Shown: positions 28,659 to 36,419 of the stretch, one piece after another
Layout: each line of letters starts with the position of its first letter
How positions within the stretch are numbered: the stretch's first letter is position 1
Assembly: GCA_017302255.1 (NCBI GenBank)
Contig: JAFLDV010000001.1
Span: forward strand, 126,237 to 190,236
Direction of reading: 5' to 3'
Length of the DNA stretch: 64,000 nt
From: Gammaproteobacteria bacterium
Lineage (GTDB): Bacteria; Pseudomonadota; Gammaproteobacteria; Enterobacterales; Alteromonadaceae
Notes under the pieces: model-generated
Told to the model about the DNA's origin: nothing
Database searches by the model: none
The model's input: the letters and a program-made list of their open reading frames with translations, nothing else
Position numbers and translations under genes: made by a program

Positions 28659-29555
28659 TTACATATCAATATATTGCGGCCAGCCCAGCAGTGGGTTTTG
28701 CAGCCCTTGTTTGTGCTCAAAGGCATCCAGTTTTTCTGGCGATGCATCTTCCAAGGCTAAACTGCGATATTTACGGGCAAACTCCAAGGTTTTTAGCATG
28801 GCTTTGCCAAAATTATCGCCCAAGTCTTGGCGAATTGCACTGGCGATGCCCGCCGGTAACTCCGCAAGCGCGGACTCGGTTTGTAGCATCAAATAATCGG
28901 CGCTAAACCAGCGGTCTTGCATTTCAATCTGGCGAATACGCTGCTTTAAATCCTGTTTCACTTTGCCATTACTGCAGATGGTGCGGTAAATAATCACCTC
29001 AGCCAACATACCTTCAAGGCTAAAGTGCTCAAACGGATCTAGTTGCGTGTGGTAGAAAAACGATTGTTTCACCACGGCAATCGCGTTGCGGCGATTAGAT
29101 TCAACCAACGCTTGCTGATATTGCTGTAAACCATGCCATTCTTCGGCATCTGGTGGGCTTGAAATATCACGCAGCAATTGCTCATCAACATCGCCGTATA
29201 ACGATTTGCGGCTGCCGGCTTTCGCGCTCACGGTGCTGAGCATATGCCAGCCTTTTTGAAATGGCTTGACCACGCCATCCGCGTTGTTGAGTAAACTCAG
29301 CGCTTTCGCTAAATCATTCCCCGACATTTCGCTCAGCCCCAAACTCACCACGCCGATAATGTCGTGCGCTGCTTGTTCGAGCAAATGCATTTTGTACTTG
29401 TTGTAAAACTTATCGGCAAACTTCAGGCTCATCAGCACTGCTTTATTTTTAATTTCAGCAAGTTGCACACTAGTAAGCAGCTGTTCGGCTTGGCCATAAG
29501 CCAATACTTGGCTAAAAAACGGCCCTTGATTTTGTTCGCGAACGACTAATTGCAT
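28659..29555 (-). CDS. hypothetical protein (298 aa), last gene of the J-domain module
   Basis: Coding-like composition. Start 11 nt after the upstream stop. No recognisable motif. Confidence 0.5.
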   Translation of the reverse strand: MQLVVREQNQGPFFSQVLAYGQAEQLLTSVQLAEIKNKAVLMSLKFADKFYNKYKMHLLEQAAHDIIGVVSLGLSEMSGNDLAKALSLLNNADGVVKPFQKGWHMLSTVSAKAGSRKSLYGDVDEQLLRDISSPPDAEEWHGLQQYQQALVESNRRNAIAVVKQSFFYHTQLDPFEHFSLEGMLAEVIIYRTICSNGKVKQDLKQRIRQIEMQDRWFSADYLMLQTESALAELPAGIASAIRQDLGDNFGKAMLKTLEFARKYRSLALEDASPEKLDAFEHKQGLQNPLLGWPQYIDM

Positions 29556-29566
29556 TTGCGGGTCCT

Positions 29567-30328
29567 TTAGTCCAGAAAGCTAAACATATCATCCACTTCG
29601 GCGTACTCATCAGTGGCCTGATTTTTCTCTTTGGCTTGCATAACGAGCTCAGTCGCAAACTTATTGATGATGTTTTCCCAGCCCGAGTTGTCGTTGCGCA
29701 CCAAACTCTTGATGGCTTGCTCAACTTCCGGGGTTAGCTGGCGAATCAGCGCCAACAAACTGCGTGGGTCGTCAAAACCTAAGCCATGCACTTCTTCATT
29801 TAAATGCCGCTCGGTGTAACTGACCGCTTCTTCTAAATCTTCCTCTTCTTCGTGCAATAAATCATGCACTTCGTCTTCGTCGTCCAGCACTTCGCCGCGA
29901 TAGATTTCGATGAAGGGAATAGATAAATAGAAGAGACCTGCCGCATCTTCAGCGATACAAGTTAAGATTTCTGCCTGTTTTTCTTCGCTCTCTTGCGTGC
30001 GAATTAGGTAGGTCAAAAAATCAAAAGTATGCTGTTTCAGCTCTTCCGCGTTATTTTTGATTTTCTCTTCCCAATACAGCGGTTGTTGGCAGACGATGTC
30101 GCGGATTTTCTCTGGCGTCATCAGTTCTGAAATAATCGATGGGAACGAAATATCGTGTTGGCTATTAATTTGCGTCAAGGTGACGATGTCAATTTGCTCA
30201 ATCACTTCAACGAGTTGTGCATCTGACATGGTGTTCGCGATGATTTCAAAACGTTTACTGGCTTGTTTAGGTTCAACAATCGCCAGTTCTTTGATTTCCG
30301 CAACGGTGATTTCGATTAGATTATTCAT
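29567..30328 (-). CDS. hypothetical highly acidic protein (253 aa)
   Basis: Asp/Glu-rich (DDEDEVHDLLHEEEEDLEE). Its ATG overlaps the upstream stop (TGATG). Confidence 0.5.
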   Translation of the reverse strand: MNNLIEITVAEIKELAIVEPKQASKRFEIIANTMSDAQLVEVIEQIDIVTLTQINSQHDISFPSIISELMTPEKIRDIVCQQPLYWEEKIKNNAEELKQHTFDFLTYLIRTQESEEKQAEILTCIAEDAAGLFYLSIPFIEIYRGEVLDDEDEVHDLLHEEEEDLEEAVSYTERHLNEEVHGLGFDDPRSLLALIRQLTPEVEQAIKSLVRNDNSGWENIINKFATELVMQAKEKNQATDEYAEVDDMFSFLD

Positions 30329-30894
30329 CAGCGATCCTCTCCTTTAAAGCGAACTTCGTCATATTGGTCGTCGTAACCATCTTCGTCGTCTTCATCGCGA
30401 CCTTCGTAGTCATCTTGGGCTTGGTCACGATCGTCGTAATCTTCTTCGCCATGCTCTTCATCCTGACGGTCGTCGGCATCTTTCGCGCTGCGCGCTGGGC
30501 CGTTACCTTGGGTTTCCAGCAGATACAGCACCGCACAAGCTTCAATTAATAAGTCTTGCGAGTAATCGCGGATTTTTTTCACCAATGGTAAATCGTCGTT
30601 GCTAAAGGCAACCGTGACTTTGAAATCGTCCCAAGCCGGCATGGTTTTGGTGTTGATCCAATGCGACCACTTGAGCTTGGCTTCTTTACTGAATTTCACC
30701 CGGCCAAATAACGCGACAGGTAAATATTCCGGCAAGCTTTCCAGCATCTCTGGATCGGCCATCAAAATGGTTTTCATTTTGCCAGTAAATTGCGCCAAGG
30801 CCTTTGGTGTTTCTGGGTCGTTGTAAGATTCAATGTTTTCATAAGCATCGGTTTTTAATTGATTTAACCGAGCAACATCCAGTTTTTTGGTCAT
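30328..30894 (-). CDS. hypothetical protein with poly-acidic C-terminal tail
   Basis: C-terminal 50 aa is almost entirely D/E/Y/R (DEEHGEEDYDDRDQAQDDYEGRDEDDEDGYDD). GAGG RBS before the ATG at 30894. The ORF-track start at 30924 would overlap the upstream gene. Confidence 0.5.
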   Translation of the reverse strand: MTKKLDVARLNQLKTDAYENIESYNDPETPKALAQFTGKMKTILMADPEMLESLPEYLPVALFGRVKFSKEAKLKWSHWINTKTMPAWDDFKVTVAFSNDDLPLVKKIRDYSQDLLIEACAVLYLLETQGNGPARSAKDADDRQDEEHGEEDYDDRDQAQDDYEGRDEDDEDGYDDQYDEVRFKGEDR

Positions 30895-30902
30895 GGAAAA
30901 CC

Positions 30903-31187
30903 TCAAGGATAAAATTGGTCCCACAGCTCTTTCATTGCTGCGGTTGGATCTGTGACGATGACGTTATTAAAGTCTTTGATAAATGCCGCTTTTTGCTTGG
31001 GATCTGACAGCACTTCATAGGCTTGTTTCACCCGCTGTAACTGCACTGCAGCATCGGCTTTTTCGTCTTCGGATAAGCCTAATAACTTATCTGGATGGTA
31101 CTTATTCGACCATCGTTTATAGGCTTTTTTAATTTCTTCTTCGGTGGCGCTGGCTTTAACCCCAAGCACCCGGAAATGGTTAATCAT
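30903..31187 (-). CDS. small J-domain (DnaJ-like) protein
   Basis: MINHFRVLGV...EEEIKKAYKRWSNKYHPDK with the HPD tripeptide and J-domain helix pattern. AGGA RBS before the ATG at 31187. The longer ORF from 31298 would add a hydrophobic N-terminus but lacks an RBS and runs through REP-like repeats. Confidence 0.65.
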   Translation of the reverse strand: MINHFRVLGVKASATEEEIKKAYKRWSNKYHPDKLLGLSEDEKADAAVQLQRVKQAYEVLSDPKQKAAFIKDFNNVIVTDPTAAMKELWDQFYP

Positions 31188-31340
31188 AGCAAATCCTGTC
31201 TTGCTGCGGACACGCTGTCGAACCGCTAAATGGCTGGTGAAAAACACAAATTTCACCGAGAAGCCGATAATAGCAGAAATCGAAGGCGGCAGAGTCATTG
31301 AAATTGGAATTGCGTCATAAACAGTATTAATAAAGGGGTG

Positions 31341-31380
31341 CAGAGTCGTTTGTTTCCCAAAATCAAAATCAACGACTCTG
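31341..31380. repeat. REP-like palindrome, family B (CAGAGTCGTT...AACGACTCTG)
   Basis: Perfect 10-bp stem with a 20-nt loop in the 231-bp gap between the SPFH and J-domain genes. A half copy GCAGAGTCATTGA lies at 31287-31299. A second full copy is at 36341-36373. Confidence 0.65.
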
Positions 31381-31418
31381 ACGCTTTAGCTTACCGATGG
31401 TTGGTGTTGCACTGGCCT

Positions 31419-32582
31419 TTAACTTGCGGCTTTACGATCGGTCAGTTTCACTAAGTCGTTCATCACGCCATCCAAGCCGCCGTAGACGTTTAGGTTCTGG
31501 ATGCGGGCGGTGATTTTTTCTAACACCTCCAGCTCTTTTAACCGTAACAGTACCGGGTTGCCTTCCATCACTTTGGCGGTGTTGTGCAATGAGCGAGTGG
31601 CTTGTGTTTCCTCTTGCCGTTTAATCAGATTCGCTTCCGCCAGTTTTTGCGCTTCGACCACTTGTGTCAGGATCGCTTTCATTTCACCTGGCAAAATAAT
31701 GTCACGTGCGCCCACGGAATGTAAGGCGATGCCAAATTTTTCCGCTTTACTACTGACGATGGTTGCCACTTGTTGATTGAGCAGATTTTTATCGACCAAC
31801 AGCTCGTCCAGCGTTTGTGTGCTGACTACGGTGCGCAACGCGAGCTGCAGCTCACGATACAAATAATCCTTCACATCAACCAGTTGCGAACGCACCTGTT
31901 CGGCATCAACAATTTGCCACATGGCAGATAAATTGACCCGCAGGCTGACCCGGTCTTTAGTCAGAATGTCTTGACCGTTGATTTCCATATTTTGTAAGCG
32001 TAAATCAAAGCTTTTTACCTGCAATTCCCGGCCGAACTTCCACCACAAGTGCAAGCCACTGCAAAGTTCGGCGTGAGTTTTGCCATTGCATAGTAAAAAG
32101 CCGGTGTGGCCTTCTGGTAAGGTGGTACTTAACACCGCTGGCAGTAAAGCTTTGAGCAACAATGGCTCTCGGCTTTGATGCAATAGCGCGGTCAACTCAC
32201 TTGGAACTTCAAACTTTTCAGCGATATCAATCAGCTGCAGTTGAATTGCTTGATGGCCAAGCCAATAAGCACCGCGCTGACCAGGCGCTTTGATATCTTT
32301 GAGGTTGGCATTTTCATAGACCAAGCCAACTTCGTGGGCGCCGGTCTGCCAGTGTTTGATATAAGGCGCAAACAGCTGCGGATAACGCTCAGCCAAAAAC
32401 AGCAGCTCGGTGCTGAGTTCTTGCTGTAATGGGTTATTGATTTGCACATTTTGCACGCTAAGTTGTTGCTGCCAATCCCAAAATGTGTAGACACCTGTTG
32501 GCAGAATTTTGTGTAATTGTTGGTTTTTGAACAACAGCACCAATTGACTGTCACTTACCGTGATTTTCTTTAAAAATTGCAT
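31419..32582 (-). CDS. SPFH/band-7 (stomatin/HflKC-like) domain protein with about 170-aa N-terminal extension
   Basis: C-terminal half matches SPFH-domain order: ...RVSLRVNLSAMWQIVDAEQV..., ...GARDIILPGEMKAILTQVVEAQKLAEANLIKRQEETQATRSL...VLLRLKELEVLEKI. AGGAGAAG RBS. Confidence 0.55.
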   Translation of the reverse strand: MQFLKKITVSDSQLVLLFKNQQLHKILPTGVYTFWDWQQQLSVQNVQINNPLQQELSTELLFLAERYPQLFAPYIKHWQTGAHEVGLVYENANLKDIKAPGQRGAYWLGHQAIQLQLIDIAEKFEVPSELTALLHQSREPLLLKALLPAVLSTTLPEGHTGFLLCNGKTHAELCSGLHLWWKFGRELQVKSFDLRLQNMEINGQDILTKDRVSLRVNLSAMWQIVDAEQVRSQLVDVKDYLYRELQLALRTVVSTQTLDELLVDKNLLNQQVATIVSSKAEKFGIALHSVGARDIILPGEMKAILTQVVEAQKLAEANLIKRQEETQATRSLHNTAKVMEGNPVLLRLKELEVLEKITARIQNLNVYGGLDGVMNDLVKLTDRKAAS

Positions 32583-32601
32583 GATTTTGCTTCTCCTTGC
32601 C

Positions 32602-32619
32602 TAGCAACTGCGGTTGCTA
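32602..32619. promoter_or_regulatory. perfect 7-bp inverted repeat TAGCAAC-tgcg-GTTGCTA in the leader of the SPFH gene (candidate operator or 5'UTR hairpin)
   Basis: Lies 20-37 nt upstream of the SPFH start codon, just downstream of a possible TTACAA-N17-ATTGAA promoter on the minus strand. Confidence 0.3.
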
Positions 32620-32860
32620 ATTTTCAATAAAGTGGGGCTGTTGTCTTGTAATGGCGCATTTAACGTCAGGTAATGGGCTGGAAAACTACGGTAGTGCTGG
32701 TTTTATTAGAGCACTACAGTTTTCTGCGCATCACCGAGTGGTTCGCTGCGGCATTACTTGACTGGTTTCCTTTTTCAGCCATTTTCATCTTGGTTCATCC
32801 CCTGAACCGCCTTTACCCAGCCCCTAGTTTTTTGGTTTGGAACCCTCACAACTTACTTTT

Positions 32861-32926
32861 GCTTGTCGGAATCGAACCGACACCAACCATGGGAGTGGTT
32901 GCTCTACCAGTTGAGCTATCGCTGGT
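32861..32926 (-). ncRNA. partial tRNA-like element (D-arm plus short stem plus T-arm, no acceptor pairing)
   Basis: Minus-strand RNA GCGAUAGCUCAACUGGUAGAGC...GUCGGUUCGAUUCCGAC has a canonical D-loop and T-loop (GGTTCGATTCC), but the anticodon region is a stem with a 6-nt loop and no complementary acceptor strands exist. Confidence 0.4.
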
Positions 32927-32995
32927 TTCCCGCAAGGGATTCGAACCCTTATCTCCATCGAGATGGCGCTTTTCCAGTTAAGCTAACGGGAATTT
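32927..32995 (-). ncRNA. tRNA-mimic element (acceptor stem, D-arm, T-arm, encoded ACCA, anticodon arm replaced by mini-hairpin); Y-RNA/YrlA-like
   Basis: Minus-strand RNA UUCCCGU-UA-GCUUaacuggaaAAGC-g-CCAUCUCGAUGGAGAU-AAGGGuucgaauCCCUU-GCGGGAA-A-CCA. 7-bp acceptor stem (6 WC plus 1 GU), 4-bp D stem with a GG-containing loop, canonical T-arm, discriminator A plus CCA. The central stem has only a 4-nt loop, so no anticodon. Confidence 0.5.
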
Positions 32996-33227
32996 TTATC
33001 CTCAGTGGCTTGCGGTAAACACTCAGCCAAAGGCTGGTGCTCCAGTCGGCATCAATGCCGAACCTTTGCTGGCCACTGATACAACGAGGGTGCTCTAACC
33101 CTCGTGTCAGATAAATTCGTTGGCGGCAACTAGGTTGCCTGCCTGCATGCCGTCCTTGGCAAAACTTGTGTCTTTGGCGCAAAAGCCCGTGAACACAACG
33201 TCCGTGTTATGACCCTTTGTGATACAA

Positions 33228-34454
33228 CTAGCCTTTGACACACAACACTTGCTTGAGCGTGTGCATGATTTCCACCAGGTCATTTTGGGCGGCCATGACT
33301 TGTTCAATAGGCTTATAGGCCGCTGGTGTCTCGTCTAACACCGCTTCATCTTGTCGACATTCAACACCTTGTAATGCTTCTAAATGCTCAGCCATGGAAA
33401 CGCGTTTTTTCGCTTCAGTCCGTGACATCACGCGCCCAGCACCATGACTGCAACTACAAAAACTTTCTTCATTGCCAAGACCACGCACAATGTAAGAACG
33501 CGCGCCCATGCTGCCTGGAATAATGCCTAGCTCACCTTTGCGCGCACTCACTGCGCCCTTGCGAGTGACCCATACATCTTTGCCGTAGTGATGTTCGAGC
33601 CGAATGTAATTGTGATGACAATTAATCGCCTCGACTTCGGCGGTGATTGGCAGTTTCAGCACATCACACATGGCTTTTAAGGTGCGTTGCATCATTACTG
33701 CACGGTTCGCTTTGGCGAAATCCTGCGCCCAAGCCACCGCTTCAACATAGTCCTGAAAATGCTCACTTCCTTCGCGCAAATACGCCAATTCTTGATCTGG
33801 CAATTGGATAAATTGCCGTTCCATATCCCGTTTCGCCTGTTCAATAAAGTGCGTGCCAATGCGATTGCCGACGCCACGTGAACCGCTGTGCAACATCACC
33901 CAGACCTGTTGGGTTTCGTCGATGCAGATCTCGATAAAATGATTTCCAGTACCGAGCGTGCCCAAGTGATTCAAATTGTTTGTGTTTTTCAAAAACGGGT
34001 GCTTCTCGCACAAAGCCGTAAAGCCAGCATCTAAAGTTGACCATGCATGTTGCACATCCGCTGGCGCATTGGACCAGGCGCCTTTATCACGCTGTCCGCG
34101 TAATTTTGGACCGCCACCATGAGGCACACAGCGCTCAATTTCATGACGCAGCGCAGTGAGTGAATCTGGCAGTTGCGACGCGGTTAAGTTGGTTTTTGCT
34201 GCCATCATGCCGCAGCCCAGATCCACACCAACTGCCGCCGGGATCACTGCATTTAGGGTTGGGATCACACTGCCGATAGTGGCGCCTTTGCCCAAATGTA
34301 CATCTGGCATCACCGCAATCCATTTGTGGATAAACGGCATTTGCGCCATGTTGACCACCTGTTGGCGGGCGTTTGGGTCGAAGGTCACTCCCTTCACCCA
34401 GGCTTTCACCATGGTTTGACCTGGTGCTTGGATAATTTCTGCATTACTGCTCAT
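33228..34454 (-). CDS. rtcB: RNA-splicing ligase RtcB
   Basis: 408 aa. Conserved RtcB metal/GTP-binding motifs (HxGxG-like VMLHSGSRGVGN, CSHGAGRVMSRTEAKK with the active-site His). RBS present. Confidence 0.9.
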   Translation of the reverse strand: MSSNAEIIQAPGQTMVKAWVKGVTFDPNARQQVVNMAQMPFIHKWIAVMPDVHLGKGATIGSVIPTLNAVIPAAVGVDLGCGMMAAKTNLTASQLPDSLTALRHEIERCVPHGGGPKLRGQRDKGAWSNAPADVQHAWSTLDAGFTALCEKHPFLKNTNNLNHLGTLGTGNHFIEICIDETQQVWVMLHSGSRGVGNRIGTHFIEQAKRDMERQFIQLPDQELAYLREGSEHFQDYVEAVAWAQDFAKANRAVMMQRTLKAMCDVLKLPITAEVEAINCHHNYIRLEHHYGKDVWVTRKGAVSARKGELGIIPGSMGARSYIVRGLGNEESFCSCSHGAGRVMSRTEAKKRVSMAEHLEALQGVECRQDEAVLDETPAAYKPIEQVMAAQNDLVEIMHTLKQVLCVKG

Positions 34455-34538
34455 TGCACTTTCCTTATGGTTATTCTGCTTTCAGCCTATCCGACGGACC
34501 GGGTAGCGCTTGTTGGATATGTTCTATATTTCTGTTGA

Positions 34539-34556
34539 TTGCAGATGCGGTGCCAA
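34539..34556 (-). promoter_or_regulatory. sigma-54 (RpoN) -24/-12 promoter for rtcB
   Basis: Minus strand reads TTGGCACcgcatcTGCAA, i.e. TGGCAC-N6-TGCA with exact consensus spacing (GG at -24, GC at -12). Sits about 85 nt upstream of the rtcB ATG and faces the divergent sigma-54 activator gene rtcR. Confidence 0.8.
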
Positions 34557-34691
34557 CTTCAGTGAAATTGCCAAATAAAATTTTAAGTGATTGAAAGTAA
34601 AATAATTAATATTTTATTTGAATTCAGCTGATTAAATTAATGATTCCGGTATACTGGGTTAATCTATCTAAAAAGATAACAAAATATCCAA

Positions 34692-36329
34692 ATGAATAAT
34701 GTGCTGATTGGTGTTTTAGGGTCGCGACTGGACCATGCTGGCTTTAACAATAAACGTTGGGATCGTTGGCGCCCTTCGGTGTCACTGCTGATGCATCAAG
34801 AGTTGGTGATTGATCAGTATGTGCTGTTATACCTGCCAGATGATGAGCCTTTGTTAGCTATCACTTTGTTAGATATCGCGAAAATTTCGCCAGGCACTCA
34901 AGTACGGCCTATTTGCATGCAAATTGCCGATCCTTGGGACTTGGAGGAAGTGTATGGCGTGTTGCTGGATATCTCGTGGGAATTGAACTGGGATATCGAG
35001 CGCAATAACTATTACGTCAACATCACCACTGGCACGCATGTGACTCAGATCTGCCTGTTTTTGTTGAACGAAGCGCATTATCTGCCAGGCAAGCTTTTGC
35101 AGTTATCGCCAAGTAAGCAAAGCATCGCGGGCACCTACCATTTAATCGATTTGGATTTATCGCAATACGATCAAATTGCTTCGCGTTTTGCCCGGGAATC
35201 GGCGGATGCAGTTGAATTATTAAAAGGCGGCATCGCCACACGCAGTGGTACATTTAATGCGCTCATTACTCAGTTAGAGCAGGTTGCCGTGCGCAGCAAG
35301 GCGCCGATATTACTGCAAGGTCCGACGGGGGCAGGTAAATCGCAGCTGGCGAAACGGATATATCAGCTGAAAAAACACCGTGGGCAGCTGAATGGTCCCT
35401 TGGTGGAGGTCAACTGCGCGACGTTACGTGGTGATAATGCCATGTCTGCGCTATTTGGCCATGTCAAAGGCGCATTTACTGGCGCCAATCAATTGCGTTT
35501 GGGCTTGTTGCGCGAAGCTGATCAAGGCTTGTTGTTTCTCGATGAAATTGCCGAGCTCGGCTTAGACGAACAAGCCATGCTGCTGCGCGCTATTGAAGAG
35601 AAACAGTTTATGCCGCTTGGCGGCGATAAGCTGGTGAGTAGCGAGTTCCAGCTTATTGCCGGCAGTCATCAGGATTTATTTGCGCTGGTGCAAGCGGGAT
35701 TATTCCGTGAAGATTTGCTGGCGCGGATTAATCTGTGGACTTACCAATTACCGTCGTTGCGGGAACGACTCGAGGATCTAGAGCCGAATTTAACGCACGA
35801 GCTGGAGAAATTCAGCCGTGAGGCCGGGCATAAAGTCGATTTTAATCGGGCAGCGCGTCTGCAATATTTGCAATTTGCCCACACACCAGAAGCGTTATGG
35901 CGAGCAAATTTTCGTGATTTAAATTCCAGTATCACAAGGATGGCAACGCTCGCCGATGGCGGTCGGATCACCGAGGAGTTAGTGGCGCAAGAAATTGGCC
36001 GACTGCAACATAGCTGGCAACGTTTTTTGCCTGAAACTAGTTCTAGCAATTCCTTGAGCTCGAGCGATTGGCAAAGTGACTGCCACAGCATTTGTGCAGA
36101 ATTTTTGTCTGCAAGCCAAGTTCAAGATCTTGATTTATTTGATCAACTGCAGCTGGCGCAAGTGCTGCAAATCTGCAAGCAAGCGACCTCGTTGGCGGAA
36201 GCAGGCCGCACGCTATTTGCGCAAAGTCGGCTACGAAAAAGCGCCGCCAACGATAGTCATCGACTCAAACAGTATCTTGCGAAATACCAACTCGAGTTTC
36301 AGCAAATCAAAGCGGCAATGATGAGGTAA
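34692..36329 (+). CDS. rtcR: sigma-54-dependent transcriptional activator RtcR (CARF-like N-domain, AAA+ core, C-terminal HTH)
   Basis: Walker A GPTGAGKSQLAKRIY, sigma-54 interaction GAFTGA motif, ESELFGH-like ALFGHVKGAFTGA. N-terminal 180 aa matches the RtcR-specific sensor-domain layout. Divergent from rtcB. Confidence 0.85.
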   Translation: MNNVLIGVLGSRLDHAGFNNKRWDRWRPSVSLLMHQELVIDQYVLLYLPDDEPLLAITLLDIAKISPGTQVRPICMQIADPWDLEEVYGVLLDISWELNWDIERNNYYVNITTGTHVTQICLFLLNEAHYLPGKLLQLSPSKQSIAGTYHLIDLDLSQYDQIASRFARESADAVELLKGGIATRSGTFNALITQLEQVAVRSKAPILLQGPTGAGKSQLAKRIYQLKKHRGQLNGPLVEVNCATLRGDNAMSALFGHVKGAFTGANQLRLGLLREADQGLLFLDEIAELGLDEQAMLLRAIEEKQFMPLGGDKLVSSEFQLIAGSHQDLFALVQAGLFREDLLARINLWTYQLPSLRERLEDLEPNLTHELEKFSREAGHKVDFNRAARLQYLQFAHTPEALWRANFRDLNSSITRMATLADGGRITEELVAQEIGRLQHSWQRFLPETSSSNSLSSSDWQSDCHSICAEFLSASQVQDLDLFDQLQLAQVLQICKQATSLAEAGRTLFAQSRLRKSAANDSHRLKQYLAKYQLEFQQIKAAMMR

Positions 36330-36340
36330 GCGATGGGGGC

Positions 36341-36373
36341 AGAGTCATTGATTGTTTGGGATCAACGACTCTA
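36341..36373. repeat. REP-like palindrome, family B, second copy (between convergent rtcR and amidohydrolase genes)
   Basis: GGGGGCAGAGTCATTGATtgtttgggATCAACGACTCTAACC, 11/12-bp stem. Shares the GGGkGCAGAGTC...CAACGACTCTrAC frame with 31335-31382. Confidence 0.6.
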
Positions 36374-36419
36374 ACCTAATGATTTCACCGCATTGGTTTT
36401 TGCCTAATTGCTTTACAGC

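Noticed and set aside
31188-31298. N-terminal TM extension of the J-domain protein (start at 31298)
   Set aside because: There is no RBS and the segment contains a REP-like half-site. The ATG at 31187 has an AGGA RBS and begins exactly at the J domain. A DjlA-like membrane-anchored form cannot be excluded.
32583-32640. Sigma-54 promoter for the SPFH module (TTAGCAACcgcagTTGCTA)
   Set aside because: It lacks the obligatory GG at -24 (TAGCAA instead of TGGCAC). It is better explained as a simple 7-bp inverted repeat.
32673-32981. ORF 32673..32981(+) and 32949..33182(-)
   Set aside because: They run through the tRNA-like elements and rtcB 3' flank on arbitrary frames, with no RBS and no protein-like composition.
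32861-32995. Canonical tRNA genes
   Set aside because: Both elements have proper D and T arms, but the anticodon region forms only a short stem with a 4-6-nt loop. The 32861-32926 element has no complementary acceptor strands. They are annotated instead as tRNA-like ncRNA.
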